A stretch of DNA of 64,000 bases from Cyanophora paradoxa CCMP329 (lineage: Eukaryota > Plantae > Glaucophyta), in assembly GCA_004431415.1 (NCBI GenBank), contig QPMI01000599.1, positions 186,001-250,000 of the forward strand. Direction: 5' to 3'. The stretch's first letter is position 1. The number at the start of each line of letters is the position of its first letter. The notes beneath the pieces were generated by a model that searched no databases, was not told where the DNA came from, and saw nothing but the letters and a program-made list of their open reading frames with translations. The translations under genes and the position numbers were made by a program. Shown piece after piece: positions 1-13,703 of this stretch.

Positions 1-3000
1 GAGGAGCCGCTGACGCTGCCCTGGTACCGCTGGCGCATCGTTTGAATGTTCTGCAGACGAGTCAGCGAGAGATACAGACGCGCTCCTGCGGGGTACAGAG
101 AAGCGCGCCTGGAACTCGCTCCGCGTGTCCATGTAGTCAATCACGAGCTTTTCGAGGCGCGTGCGGCTCTCCTCCGCGCGCCGCCGCGCCGACACGTTCG
201 CCTGCGCGCCCGCCCGCCTCGGAAACGGGGAGGGGCGGGCGCAGGACCGAGTCGTCGCTCACCTGAACCCGCCACGAGGTGAATATCTCGCGCAGGTCGG
301 CGGCCGGCGTGGCGGGGCCGGCCCCGGGCCGCCCGGCCGAGGCGGGGCGCGGGGCCTGGAGGCCTCGCGGGCCGCCCGCCGCGCCCGCACGCCGGCGCGC
401 CAGCCCTCGAAGGCCGCCCGCGCCCTCCGCCGCTCGCTCCTCGCCGCCATCGCCTCCACCCGCTGCCTGCGCCCCCGACTCAGGCCCCAGCCCGCCAGCC
501 CTAGAAGCGGGCCCGCTCGGATCGAACCGGATCCTCCGGAGCGCGTCCAGCGGGCGGGTCCGGCGCGGGAGCGGGGAGGTGGAGGGGCGGGGGGCGGGGG
601 CCGCCTCTCCCGGGAGCGGGCGCGGCAAGAACCCAGCGCGCCGTCACCGGCCCGGCGGGGCTCGCGGCGGGCGACTTCCGCCGCCCCGCCGTCCCTGCGC
701 GCCGCGCGCCGCACACTCAGCCTGGGCCCCGTGCTTTCAAGCGCGAAGTTCGCGTACCCGGTGCCGGGCGCGTGATGACGACATCCCCGTCATCGTCGTC
801 GTCCCCTTGTACTCCGTCGTCGCTTTCGGGGTCTGAAAGGACGGGTACAGGCGTCATCAGGAACGAGCGGCGAGGGGGCGGAAGGGGCGCGGGCGGACCG
901 GTGAGGGCGGCGTACGGGTCGGCCCTCGCCCGGGCGTTCCCCTCGGCGCCCTCCTCGTCGGTGGAGTCCAGCGCGGGGCGGCGGGCGGGGGCCGGGAGGG
1001 GGGCGCCGGGGCGGGGGAGCGGGCCTCGCGGGCCACGAGGGCGACGTTCGCCCACGCGAAGAACGCCTGCGCGAGCGGCGCGGTCGGGGCCGGAGCGCGG
1101 GGCGGGGGCCGGGAGAGGCGGGGCCGGGGCGGACGCGTGCGAGGACGCGGCGCTGGATCTTGAGGACGGCGATCGCGAGGCGCCGCCGCTCCCGCACCCA
1201 CCCCCGCCACTGCCGGCCCCGTCAGGCCGCCCCGGGGCCTTGGGTGCGGCTTCCACGGGGCGCGCGCCTGCTTGAAGAGGGTCTGCCGGCGGAAGGCGTC
1301 CGCCTCCTCCGCCGCCCCCCGCGCCTGCCGGGGGCGGATGAGCGGGGGCGCGGGGAGGGCGGGGGCGGGGAAGGGGGGGTACCTGCTGGACGACGGCGAG
1401 CCACGCGACGAAGCAGCGCGCCGTGCTCCGCCGCGCCCCCTGCGCCCCCCCGTCAGGCGCGGCGGGGGAGGGGAGGCGGGCGGGCCGCGGGCGGGCCTTG
1501 TCGACGATGGAGAGGAAGCCGCGCTGCCGGCGGCGCGCCTCGCGCGCCGCCAGCCGCCACGCTCCCAGCGCCAGCCGAAGGCGGGGCCCCCGCCCCGCCC
1601 GGTCCGCCGCCATCTGAGGTCAGAGGTCGGAGGAGGAAGGGAAGGGGAGGGGCGGGGTTCGCTCTTCGGCGCGCGCGCACGTCGACGGCCGCCTCGCGCG
1701 TCGACTGGTGCCGGCCCCACTGCGCCCCCTTGCGCGCCTCTGCGAACTCCGCGCTGAGCTTCTTGCTTGGGGGGAAGGGGGCGAAAGGAAGGGGGTACCG
1801 GCGGCGAGCCGCTCGTACTCGAGCTGCGCCCTCGCGCGGATCGCCTCCTGCTCCGCGTCCCCTGCGCCGAAAGACGGGAGGGGGTACACGTTAGGAAGGG
1901 GCTCCCCGTCCCCCTTCCCCCCGGCGGGGTACGACGCACTCCGGAGGGCGCGCAGGCGCTCGACGGTCGAGTGGAGGGCGGCCGCCCGCCTCCCGCACGC
2001 CTCCTCCGCCGCCGCCAGCCTGCACCCCGGGAACATTTCAATGGCGGGAGAGGGTAGGGGGGTACCGGGTACGCGCCTGGCTTCGAGGGGGGCCCCCACC
2101 CCCAGCTCGGCGACGGCGTCCCTCGCGTCGCCCCCGTCGTCGTACCCCCCCTGCGGGCGCGCCCCTCGGGACGGGCGGGCGGGCCCCGCACCCGCAGGGA
2201 GGGGGGGTACCGGGTGGTCGGGGGGCGGCTCGGGGCGGGGGAGGGCGGCGAGGGCCGCGCACATGCGCTCCAGCACCGCGTCGGCGTCCCTGGGCGGGCG
2301 CCTTCAGCCGGCGGAGGGGAGGCGCGCCCGCCCGCCGGGAGCGCACTGGGCGTGGGCGGCGGCGCGGCGCTCGGCCTCCTCGGCCTTGTCCTCCAGCTCC
2401 CGCATCTGCGGGGCGGTCAGAGCAGGGCCCGCGTGGGCGGGGCGGGCGGGCGGGCCTGCTCCTGGGCGTCCCGGAGGAGGGCCTCCGTGTCCCGCGCCAG
2501 GCTGTCCGCCTCCTCCCGGCCCCTGCGGGAAGGCCTCGCCGGGGCCGCGGTGGGGCGCGGGGCCGGGGCCGGGGCCGGGGCCGGGGCGGACCGCTCGACG
2601 GCGGCCTCGAGATCGGCGGCGCGGGCGGCCGCCTCCTCCAGGCCCCGCCGCGCCTCCGCCAGCTCCCCCTCCGCCCCTCCAGCTGCCCGCCGGGGTGAGC
2701 AGCAGGCGGGGAAGAGGCGGGGCGGGGCGGGGCGGGGCGGACGCGGGCGGCGAGGTCGGCGCCCTCCTGCAGGCGCGCCGCCGCCTCCTCCAGCCGCCCC
2801 TCCTGCTCCCAGCCTGCCCCGGGGCGCCGTGTCGGCGGGGGCGGCGCCCCGGAGGAGAGGGGTGCAGAGGGGCGCTCACGTTCGCGGCGGCCTCGGCGAG
2901 CCGCTCCTCGAGGTCCGCCGCCCTGCCCCCGCCCAGGCCCGAGCTCAGGCTTCGTTCGGCGGCGGGGCTCTGCTCGGGGGGCGGGCGGACCGGCGCTCCT

Positions 3001-6000
3001 CCTCGGCGGCCTGGGCGCGGGCGCGCGCCGCCTCCGCCTCGGCCAGCTCCGCCCGCCGCTCCGCCTCCGCGTGCGCCGCCTCGAGCTCCCGCGCCCGCGC
3101 CTTCGCCTGCCGCCGGCGGAGGAGGCGCTCGAAGAGGTCGGGGAGGAGGAGGGAGAGGGGGGGAGGGGGGGGGGGGGGGGGAGGGGGGAGGGGGAGGGAG
3201 GGAGGGCCGGGGCGCACGCGCTCGCCCTCGCGGAGGCCGCGCTGCGCCTCCGCCTCCGCAGCCTCCAGCTCCTCCAGCCGCCGCTGCCAGCGCCCGGCGT
3301 CACGCGCGGGGAGGAGCGGGGCGGGGCGGGGCAGGGCGGACGCGGGCGGCGGCGAGCTGGCTCTCGGCGCGCCCCGCGGCCGCCCGCTCCGCCTCCACGC
3401 GCGCCTCCCACGCCTCCCCCGCACGCTGCGCCTGGCCCCCCGCGGCGTGAGCAGAGGGCCGGGCGGGTCAAGGGGGCGGATGCTGGAGTGGGCCGGGGTG
3501 GACCTCGGCGAGGGCGCGCTGGAGGGCGGCGGCGCGGGCGGCCGCCTCGCTGAGGCCCGCCCCCTCCGCCTCCGCCTCCGCCAGCCGCTCCTGCCCCCCA
3601 GCGCCCGTCAGAGGGGAGGGGAGGGGGAGGGGGGGAGGGGCGGGGGCGGGCCCTGGCGTCGCGGGCCTCGCGGAGGGCGCGCGCGGCCTCCACCTCCGCC
3701 CCTTCCAGCGCCCGCACACGCTCCTGCCGGGCCGCAGTCAGGAGGTGGCGGAGGTCAGTCCGTCCGCTGTCAGTCCGCTGCCGGCCCAGCCGCTAGCTAG
3801 GCAGAGGAGGCGGGGCGGGGCGGGGCGGGGGGCGGACGAGGGCGGCGGCGAGCTCCTGGCGGAGGCGGGCGAGGGCGGCGCGGTCGGCGGCGGTGCGGGC
3901 GTCCCCCGCCGCCTCCGCCTCCATCAGCCGCCGCTCCAGCTGCCCGCGCCTGAGAGGGGGGAAGGGGGGGAGGGGGGAGGGGGGGAGGACCTCGTCGCAG
4001 CGCGCGCGCGCGCCCCGCTCGGCCGCCGCCCGCTCCGACGCGAGCCTCTGCAGGAGGGAGGAGCGTGGGCGGAGGCGGTGAGGGGAGGGAGGGGACGAGG
4101 GCGGTGGGGTAGGGGCACCTCGGCGTCGGCGGCGCGGCGCTCGGCGTCGTCGGCGCGGGCGCGGCCCTCGGCGCGCTCGCGCTCGCGGGCCGCCCGCTCC
4201 GCCCGCAGGCGCTCCTCCAGCTCCCTCGCCGTCTCCTCCGCCGCCTCCAGCGACCGCAGCCGGCCCTGCGCGAGCCAAGGTGAGGAACGTGAAAGGAGGT
4301 GGGGGGGGGGGGGGGGGGGGGGAAGGGGGAGATGGGTACCAGCGCGGAGGCGAGCTCGGCCTTGAGGCGGGCGTTGGCCTCCTGCTCGGCGGCCGCCCGC
4401 GCCTCGAGCTCCGCCGCCGCGGCTGCCTCCGTCAGCTGCGCACGCATCGAGGCGGCTCAGGCGATCGTCGCGCGGGGGAACAGGTCAGGAGGGAAGGGGG
4501 CGCGCACGCTCCGGGAGGATGCGGCGCGCGCCTCGGCCAGCGCGGCCTGCCGGCGGCACGGGTTAGAGCGGGGCGAGGGTACGAGGGTCAGGGGGGTAGG
4601 GGGGCGCGGGGCGCCTCGGCGTCGCGGAGGCGCCCCTCGAGCTCCTCCTCGCGCTCGCGCGCCTCCCGCGCCTCCCGCTCCCGCCCGCTCCGCTCCGCCG
4701 CCAGCCGGTCTGCCGCGAGGGGGGCGGGGGTGGGCGGGTGCGGCTGGCTTCAGAGAGGGGAGACTGAGAGGGGGGCGTACACTCCCAGGCGGCCTCGACC
4801 TGGGCGAGGCGCTCGCCGGCCTCGCGGGCCTCGCGCTCGCGCGCCACGCGCTCCGCCGAGAGCCGCCCCTCCAGCACCGCCGCCCGCGCCGCCGCCTCCA
4901 CCCCGTCCCGCCGGTCCGCCTCCGCCGCGCTCCGGTCCCGCGACGCCGCCGCCGAGCGCGCCTCCGCCGCCGCCGCCCGCTCCTGCGCCGCCTGCCGCCG
5001 CCCCCGCTCCCCTCCGACCCGACCCGAGGCGACCCGGTGGACTGGGGCGCGCACCTCGAGCTCGCGCTCGGCGGCGGCGGCGCGGGCCTCGCTCATCGCG
5101 GCCCGGCGCTCGGCCGCCGCGGCGCGCTCGGCGGCCGCTTCGACCTCGTCCGCCGCCGCCATCGCCCGCGCCTCCGACGCCGCCAGCGACTCCCGCCGCC
5201 CGTGCAGCTGCGCGCGCGAGGCCGTCGGCGGGGAGCCTCGGCTGGCCCCCGGGCCTCGGCGGCCGCTCCGACCTGGGACTCGAGGACGGCGGCGCGGCGG
5301 TCGGCGCTCGCGCGGGCCGCCTCGGCGCGGAGGGCCCGAAGGCCGCCCGCAGCGCCAGCTCGGAGCGGAGTCGCGCCGCCCGCCGGCCCCGCGCCTCCGC
5401 CGCCACGTGGCCCCGCCACGCCCCGAAGCAGAGCCGCGCCGCCCCGACGAGGCCCTGCGCGGCGCCGGCGGGGTAAGTGAGCCCTCGCGGCGCCCCCTCC
5501 CAGCCTCAGGCCGGCCCCGGGGAGAGCTCTGCGCGGCGCACCGGCCGAGGACGCAGGAGAGGAGCGCCTCGAGCCGCTCGGGGCTCCACCGGCCCCCGCC
5601 CCCGCCCGCGGGACCGCCGCCGCCGCCGCCGCCGCCCGCTGCTCCGCCGCCTCCTGCAGCAGCGCGGCTTGCCTGCGCGAGGCGCGTCGTCGGCAGGTGA
5701 CGGGGAGGAACGCGCCGCTCGGCCAGCAGCGCGCGCCCCGGCGGCCCGGGGCGGTCGGGGGCGGCGCACCGGGCGAGGGCGGCGCGGGCGGCGCCGCCCT
5801 CCTCGGCCATGGCCCGGGCGGACTCGGCGAGGCGGGCGGCGAGGGCGACCTGCCGCCGCAGCTCCCCGCGCTCCCGCGACAGCTGCTCCATCTGCCGCCG
5901 GGCGGCCCTGAGCGCCCGCCCGGGAGCGCGGGGCGCAGCCGGGCCGGCGCGAGGCCGGACGAAGCCGGGGGCGGCGGGGCGCGCGCGGGCCGGACCTGGA

Positions 6001-7146
6001 GGCGGATGTCGTGCACCCGCGAGGCGAAGACCGCCTGTTCCAGCCTCAGCTGCTGCTCCGAGCCCTGCGCGGAGGCGGCCGCCTCAGGCGGGGCGGCGGG
6101 GGGCGGGCGGGGCGGGCGGGGCGGGGGCGCCTGGAGCTGGGCGACGGCGGCGTCGCGCTGCTCGAGGGCATCGTGGAGGGCGGCCCAGCGCTCCAGGATC
6201 TCGTTCAGGTCCGCCGACTGGTCCTCCCTCAGGTCCAGCAGCTGCGGGGAGGGCGTCTGGAGGCGCCGCCGCGGGGACGGGCGGGAGACCGGCACCTGCT
6301 GGCGCAGCGCCGACTCGTCTGTACCCGTGCTCGCCGCGGTCCCGGGGGCCGCCCCCGCCCCCGCCCCCGGACCCGGCCGGCGGGCCGAGTTCTGGGGGGT
6401 GTGGAGGGCGGCGGAGGCGCCGGGGGAGCCCGCGTGGCCCTCCACGATGGCCGTCCCGTCCGAGGCGATGCCCAGGATGCGCTCACGGAAGCTGTGCTTC
6501 GCCCTCAGCCCGCTCCCCTGCAGCCGCTGCGCCGATCTCCTCAGCCGGCGAGAGGGGAGCAGGCCGGCCGCGCGCGGGGCGGGCGAGCGGACCGCGGCGC
6601 GGTCGGGAGACATGTCGGCCCCCCCGCGGGACGGCGTCGCGTCTTCCCACTCGTCGTCACCCGGAAACCTGCGCGCCGGCATCGCTCCGCGGGGCCCCGC
6701 GCGGCGGGCGGGGCCCGGAGCGGCCGCACTGCATTCCGCGGACGCCCGGCGAGTTGTCGCGGGCATCCACGCGCGCGGAGAGCTCCGCTAGAGTCCGCTC
6801 GATCGAAACGATGAGCTTCTCCTTCGTGAGGACCTTCAGGAGCAGCATTACGATGTCGCCGAAGAGCGCTTTCTCCTCCTCGGTCCGCAGCGCAAGCACG
6901 AGGCCCGGAAAGTCCATGTCGCCTGAGCAAAGGCTCGAATCAGCGAGCGAGCCCGCCACGAGCCACCTGCCGTCCTCGGCTTCGAGTTAGCTAGCGCGGG
7001 AAGCCGGCTCACCATAGCGAGTCCTGCGCGCGCCGGGAAACGTTTAGGGCAACGCGGCAGAGAAGCAGCGTCTGCGGTACGCACGGAGGCGTCTCGCGCT
7101 GCGGGCTTGCCGCGATGTCCAGCTCCGCGTCGATGCTGTTCTCCAT
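1..7146 (-). CDS. Large multi-exon coiled-coil protein with C-terminal Trp-containing Sfi1-like repeats (3' end runs off the window; may be more than one gene)
   Basis: Likely ATG at 7146 (MENSIDAELDIAASPQRETP). Exons include DFPGLVLALRTEEEKALFGDIVMLLLKVLTKEKLIVSIERTLAEL and LLDLREDQSADLNEILERWAALHDALEQRD, then many E/A/R heptad exons (2300-5900). Motifs near the 3' end: LRLALGAWRLAARE, RCFVAWLAVV, LAQAFFAWANVA, RAAFEGWRAGV, LREIFTSWRVQV. Confidence 0.7.
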
Positions 7147-7245
7147 CGGTCGCACGCGTTCTAGAGTAGCTAGCAGCTTAGACTAGCTTGTAGCGCCGAA
7201 GTCGGGCCTGCAGCTGGCCGCTTCGGGCGGCATGCGCGTTGAATT

Positions 7246-7372
7246 GTGTACCCTGTCCGACGGTCTTCGGGCGTCGACGTTGCCTGCAGTGCTAGCTATA
7301 GTGAGCAGAGGCCGCGCGCCGCGTGCTAGTGTACCCTGTCCGACGGTCTTCGGAGCGTCGACGTACGCGTTG
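7246..7372 (+). repeat. Short direct repeat, 2 copies of ~36 bp (GTGTACCCTGTCCGACGGTCTTCGG(A)GCGTCGACGT)
   Basis: Copies start at ~7246 and ~7329. The second carries an extra ACGCGT (CGT-ACG-CGT). Confidence 0.85.
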
Positions 7373-8149
7373 TCTTCTTAGCGGCCGTGCGCGGCCGCGG
7401 GGCCTAGCCGCCGGGGCTGTCCCTAGCTATAGACGCTGGCGAACTTCGTCGAGGTCGAGCCTGGGCCTGCCAGGCTGTCGATCTTGAGCCCGCGGCCAGT
7501 CTGAGCTCGAGTCAGCTGCAGGCTGCTCCGATCTCGAAGCGCCGCCCCGGCGCCGGCCGCCGGGCCGCGGGCGCCGGCGCCGCGACGCGAGCTCGCGACG
7601 ACGATCGCGAGGGCCCCCCGGGGGCCGAGGGACCCGAATTCGAATTAATATTCCGAATTTCACGAATTCGAATTGATTTAATTATAAAGCGATTGCGGTA
7701 CGTCGATCGACATCTTGAATTAAATCTAGAGATGCGCATCATGATCTCTCAACAAGTCATGATTTTCACAGTAACGTATGCGCGTAAAATTTCAAGATAT
7801 CTAATCTGTATACGTAAAGATTAAAAAACTAGTTACAGTCTGCTATATATATATATACCATGATGAAACTACCAATTGCATCGCCATTTCTCAATCACCT
7901 TGATGAACTGCTTAAAGAACGCCTGCCCGAAAGGACGACAGAAATACAGAATTTATTTACAGAAAATAGCCAGGCCTAGGGGGCCACCGCGGCATGCACA
8001 ATCGACTCGGCGAAAATCTTCATAAAATGATGTCCTGAACACCAAAGCCCAATGGGAAGGAGGTTATTTAAAAGCCGAAAAATATGGATACAAGCAAGCC
8101 TCGGACGAAAAGGGCCCGGAGGTCCGGTGGCGCATACTACTGCGATGAG

Positions 8150-9438
8150 CCTCGCGATCGATATCGATGTCCGCACTCGAGTGCGCCGCGGCGGAAGGGG
8201 TATCGTGAGAGCCCCCGCGCGACTCGGCGAGGCAACTGCAAGGCGCTGGGCGCCTGCCACTAAGCCCTTGCTTTCCGGGGGATGGGTACGGGGAGGGACG
8301 ACGCGCTGGGGCTCCGCGCCGTGAAGAAGAGCGGCGCCGGCCGCGGGCTCTGGGGCTCCTCCCCCTCCCCCTCTCCCTCGGCCTCGGCCCCCGAGCTCCG
8401 CGACCGCTCCGGCGCGCCCTTCCTCCCCCCACCGGTCGCGGCCTTCGCGATGCGGAGGCGGGCGGCGGCGGCGAGGAGGGCGGAATCCTCCTTGAGGGGC
8501 CTGTGGTCCGCGGAGGCCGGCTGCGCCTCGCGATCCTCCAGGTCCAGCGAGAAGACGGCTGCCGGCGAGGCTGCCGTCAGCTTCCAGCATTCAACTATTT
8601 AAATTCGATCGAGGGGCGGGGAGCGCACCGATGGGGGAGGGGCAGGAGGCGGCCGCGGCCCAGGGCGGGAGCCCCTGGACGCTCGGTGGCATAGCGAGCC
8701 CGGGGAGGGAGCGCCGCCGCTGCCGCGGCTCCGAGCACCGCAGGCGCCTTATAGTCGTCTTCTTATTTCCCTCCTGCGGAGAAGGCCTTTCAGGGGGAGG
8801 GGTACGGAAGATTCGAATACGGGGCGGGGGCGTCACGCATGCGCACAGGCTGGACCCCAGAGGTCGATCCCCCGCAGAGGCAGTTCAGAGCGCAGTGCGC
8901 CCGGCAGAACGGGTACCTGCGGCGGCGCCGACGATGAGCGCGGGGCGCAGCGCGGCGAGCGCAGTCGTGAGGCGGGCGGGCGGGCGGGCGGGACGGACCG
9001 CCTGAAAGGCAGGAGGAGGGCCTCGAGGTCCGCCTGCTCGTCCTGGAACATCGCCCGCCGCTCCTCGCAGTACCTGCACGGCGCGCGCCCCCGCCGTCAC
9101 GGTCACACCCCGAAACTCGATCGAACATTTCGCCGGCCCGCACCTCTCGAGGGTGGCGATGAGGGCCAGCGAGGCGCGGCATTCGACAGGAGAGGCCGGC
9201 TCCGCGCCGGCGGTGGCGGCGGCCGGTGCGAGGAAGATGCGCCGCAGGAGCGACGGCGGCACGAGGGAGAAGCTCTCGCCCGCTACGGCGAGCCGGACGA
9301 TCTCTTCTGCGCGTCGCGTGTCAGGCCGAGTTCGTGCGCGTGCTTTCGAGCGCGATTTTCCCGCGCACCTGCGAGCGCAGCGAGCTCGTCGCTCGTCGAA
9401 GTTGCCACACGCGCGTCGGCCAGAATTCGCCTTGCCAT
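8150..9438 (-). CDS. Hypothetical protein, multi-exon (3' end uncertain)
   Basis: ATG 9438 MARRILADARVATSTSDELAALA, GT-AG intron, then EEIVRLAVAGESFSLVPPSLLRRIFLAP...; later exons RYCEERRAMFQDEQADLEALLLPF and HRPLKEDSALLAAAARLRIAK. Confidence 0.55.
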
Positions 9439-10109
9439 CGGTGGTTGCAGCAGCAGCGCTTCGGTTCGGATGCGTGCGCTCCCGATGCGCTTGTTAACCA
9501 GCTGCGGATGAGAGACTGACCGCGGCCGCTACCTAGGCCTGGCCTAGCTTAGAGTGTAGGCGATGGGATCGATATCGTCACTAGGCGACGCTAAACGTCG
9601 CTTGCGCATGGTAGCGAGTTCGGACCCCAATGTGCTCCAAGCTAGCTTCAACCGACGGGCCACCCTGTCATTGCTGGCGCGCTAGCCCCCCAGAGCCATT
9701 GTACGCTGACTACAGCGAGCACTTGTTGCTCGAGAACATTGTTCGAACAAGTTAACAACTTGTCATTGCAATTGTACGTTGGCAGCTGCAGAGCTCGCGA
9801 ACTAGACTCGCTCTGTTGGAGTTGTGCTCGAGTGCTCTTCGTCATCCGACTGATCGCTAGCTTAGTACGCTGAGCGCTTGAAGTAGCTATAGCTAGACGC
9901 ACGGGCTCTCGCGGGCGGTGGCGTCCGACAGCGTTCCTGGGCTGAGGTCTCCGTACCCCAGATTAGACAAACGTACCCCCCGGGCGGCTCACAAATACCG
10001 CGGCCCCGGCGCATTCGCGGCATCCGACACTCACAATCGCGACTCCAGCATTCCTGCATTCCCGCGCTCAGCTCCTCGCTTCCCTCGTTGTCTCGAGCCC
10101 AGCAGCACG

Positions 10110-13073
10110 ATGCGGGCAGCCGTGGCCGCGCTCGCCTTCGTGGCGGTGGTGGCGTCGGTGATAATCTCCAGCCTGGCGCAACCTCAGCTGGTGTTTCCGG
10201 AGGCGTGCGCCGGTAAGCTCCCCGGCCGGTAACTGCCCGCGCGAGTCGCTGGCGCTAGCTATAGCTCCCGGCCGCGCCGCGCGGCCGGACGAAAGCAAGC
10301 CACGTGCCCAAGCTGTGCATTCCTGACATTCCCCTGCCCGCGCGCAGCATTCTCGAAGACGAGCTGCAAGGTCCGGCCGGCCCGGCCCGCGACGCTCGTT
10401 CGTCTTGAGCCGCGAGCCCCTCTGATCGCCCGGCTCGATCACCTACTTTTTATCGCAGTCTTGCCTGTTCGCGCAGCAGGCGCGTGCTCCGCGCCCGCGC
10501 GCTGCCCCTGCGCTCTTCGCGCTCGCCCCGTCCGCTTTCTCCTCGAGCTCCGATTCCGGCCCGTCATCCCGTCGCGTGCGCAGGAGTACATGGCATGCAA
10601 GTGGTGCGGGGGCGCTGCGCCCAGCTGTATCGGGTGCGCAGCGCCCCCCCTGTCTTCAGACCGCGCGAGGCGCGCCGACGGACACGAATTTGATCCCGGG
10701 GCGGCGCGGCTCGCAGGCACTACAAGAACTCGGTGGACCTCGGCCTGACGTGCCCGGGGGACGCCAACGGGACGTTCCCGATGGACGCGTGCCCCTCGGA
10801 CCGGTACGAGGTCGTCTTCAACGCCCCCAAGTACGACCTCTACTGGGCCGACCTCGGCGCCGGCTCCATCTACGTCGCGTGCGAACGAAGCCTCCCCATC
10901 GCCGCGTCGCTCGTACCCCGGCTCACCGCTCGCCGCGCAGGTGGCAGAAGCCCGTCGACTTCTTCACCCCGGGCCCCTCGCAGAACCCGGGACCCCTTGA
11001 GGTGCCCCCGGCCGCCGCTGCCGCTGCCGCGCCGGCGGGATCGAATTCGGGGCCGCGCCGCTTCGCTCGCAGGACGGGAATGTCGAGCTCGTGCTGATGC
11101 GGGACGAGCCGCGCTGGGGTCCCGCCCGCCCCTACGCCGGCATCGCCAGCTCGGTGGCCCCCCCCCCCCCCCCCTTCCCCGAGGGACCCGAGTTCGAATC
11201 CGGGCGCGCAGGTCCCGAACGGGCAGGGGGCCCTGGACCGCCCCGGCATCCCGGTCCGCCCCCGCCTCTCGAGCCTCGCAGAGCCTTTTTCATGACCCCA
11301 GGTTGACCGCTTTCGCCGCAGAGGTGGCTCCTCGTCGGGGAGGGGTACTACGGCACGCCCCAGCCCCGCCCCGCCCCGCCCCGCGTCGACTCGTATCTGC
11401 CAGGCTGACCCGAGGCTCGCGCCGGCGCCCAGTGCGGTACCGCCTGGTGGACGCCTCGGGGGCCTCCCACACGTACCGCTCCCCCTCCTTCAGCGTCCGC
11501 CGTGCGCGCCCCTGAAGGAAGGGAGGAGAGGGCAGCCGAGGAGCCCCGCGCCTCGACCGTCGTCCGCAGAGACGAACAGCGGGAACTCGAACTCGAACTG
11601 GGACGAGAAGGCCGTCCTGCTGACCCAGAGCGCCCCCGCCTCCTCCCCTGACTGCGGGCGCGTGCCGCCGTACCCCCGAGCCATCCATTCCTTTTCTGTG
11701 TACCCCGCGGGCTTACCGCTTCGCCCCCGAGCGCAGCGCCTACGCCGTGCCCGCCTACTGCACCCTCACCTGCAAGCCCGCAAACGATACCTTCACGCTC
11801 AACTGCAACGTACCCCCTTCTCCCCTTCCCGCCTCCAAAACTGTTGAGAGCTGAACGGCGTACCCCTCCGCAGGTTCCCGCCGACTTGCGGCTTCCCGAC
11901 GAGCCGCCGGAGTCCGGTCGCCTGATTCTGAAGAATCGGTACCCCCTGCTCTCCGTTTCCACGTACCCCCCTCTCACCGCGATACCCCCCTCGCAGCTTT
12001 ACCTCGTTCAACGCGCGCACCCTCTTTATTTTCCTTTGCGCGCCCCCGCTCCGTTCCTGAAAACGTACCCCTCCCGCCTGGCGCAGTTTACGGTCACCTA
12101 CGGGAAGGACGGCGAACCGGTGCGAGCCTTTTCTCTCTTGTGTGTGGAACTCGCTGCATCTCAGTCGAGCTCACCGGCTTTTCAGACCATGAGCGCCACC
12201 TTCCTCGGCCCCGCGTTCGGACCGAGCGGAGTCACGGCGACCCTCGTCGAGTCCCGTACGCCACCGGAGCTTTCTCCCCCCGTCCTCGTCTCCTTCGTCC
12301 CGATCGGTAGCCCCAGAGGACGGCAAGTCCGCGGGGGCGTCTCTCGGGGGACCCTACTCCGTCCTCCTGCGCGAGCCGTACCCTGGAGAGACCCCCGCGG
12401 GCGGCCCCTCCCCCTCCCCCTCGCCCGGCGCCGGGCCCACGCCCCTCGACCTCTACCTGGTTCGAATCTTCGCAGCGCCTCTTAAGTTGGATGTCGTCTC
12501 TCTTACGCTCGGGCCCGCGTCAGGTGGCGGAGGACAGGAGCGCGGCGGGGGCGCAGGTGCCCTACACCGCCCAGGTCCCCTTCGAGCTCGCCCTGGGGCT
12601 CCTCCTCCCCACCTTCGGTTCGTCCGCGGCTTCCCCTCGGCTCGCTTCGAATTCGAGTTCGACGCGCTGCGGCAGGCACGAAGGCGGCGCCCACGCCGAC
12701 GCCCCTCGCCGCCGCGCCCTCGCCCTCGCCCTCGCCGAGCGCCGGCCCGACGCCCACGCCGGCCGCCGGGGGCGCCGACAAGGAGACCCCCACGCCCGCC
12801 CCTCCGACGACGGCCGCCTCGGCGCCGGCAACGCCGGTGCCCGCGCGGCCCTCAGCGCGCCCTGCCCCCTGCCCCCGCCTGACGGGTGCGGCAGGGGCCT
12901 CTAGCGCCGGGGTGAGCACGGGCACGATCATCGGCAGCGCCGTCGGGGGCGGTGTCGGGGCCCTCGCCATTGCCGGAGCCATTGCCGGCTTCGCCATCCG
13001 ACGCCGCCGCCTCGCCGCCAGCTCCGGCGGCCCCGCCCCGGCCGCCGCCCCCGCGGGGCCGGCCGCCGCCTGA
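10110..13073 (+). CDS. Type I membrane/cell-surface protein: signal peptide, Cys-containing ectodomain, Pro/Thr/Ser stalk, single TM helix, short tail
   Basis: MRAAVAALAFVAVVASVIISSLAQPQ signal. Exons CKWCGGAAPSCIG and DLGLTCPGDANGTFPMDACPSDRYEVVFNAPKYDLYW. Stalk PTPTPLAAAPSPSPSPSAGPTPTP. TM TIIGSAVGGGVGALAIAGAIAGFAI followed by RRRR stop-transfer. TGA 13071-13073. Confidence 0.75.
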
Positions 13074-13703
13074 GCGGGAGTGGGCGGGTCGGTGCCATCG
13101 CCTTGAGGCTCCAGCATGCGAGCTGCGTGCCTGTTTCCCCCCGGGTCAACGTTTGATCTAGATTCCTGGCTCGATGTAATTTCGTTTCGGTCTTCTGCTT
13201 TGCTAGCGCTAGCGCTTGAGCTTGGCCTTGAGCTATAGAAAACGTTAGGTCTCTGGACCTGTACAGAAATCTGAATCCGATCATGATCGTCAATTGCAAT
13301 ATGATCATGAATTGGCCATAGAAGGCGCTTCGAGCTCGAGCCAGAGCAATTGCAAGCGCCAGCGCTAGCTTTAGCGAGATCTACTTTCGGCCGCGGCCTC
13401 GGCGCCGGCCGCGCCGGGCCGCGGGCGGCGATGATCAATAAGAGTAGCTATAGCGCGGCGCCGGCCGCTGGCGAACTGGCGAACCGCAGCGGACTGCGCT
13501 GGCGAACTGGGGTACACCGTTGCCAAACGCCTCTCTTTTCGAAAGCCCCATCTCTCCCGGCCCGTCGATATCCCAGCAGACACGCAGAGAACGATATTGA
13601 GCCTCAGCCGAGCCTGAGCGACGCGCTGCCGGCAGCTAGCCACGCATCCAGCTCTACAGCACTCCGGCCCCAATTGTGTAGCATCGTCAGGGATATCAAG
13701 CAC

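Noticed and set aside
1700-6800. Many 300-580 aa Pro/Arg/Gly-rich ORFs on both strands (also elsewhere in the window)
   Set aside because: Stop-poor shadow frames of very GC-rich DNA that run through introns; only the spliced minus-strand frame gives coherent protein.
9560-9640. Possible tRNA/SINE (GAGTTCGGACCCC resembles a T-loop)
   Set aside because: No cloverleaf, acceptor stem or A-box could be built.
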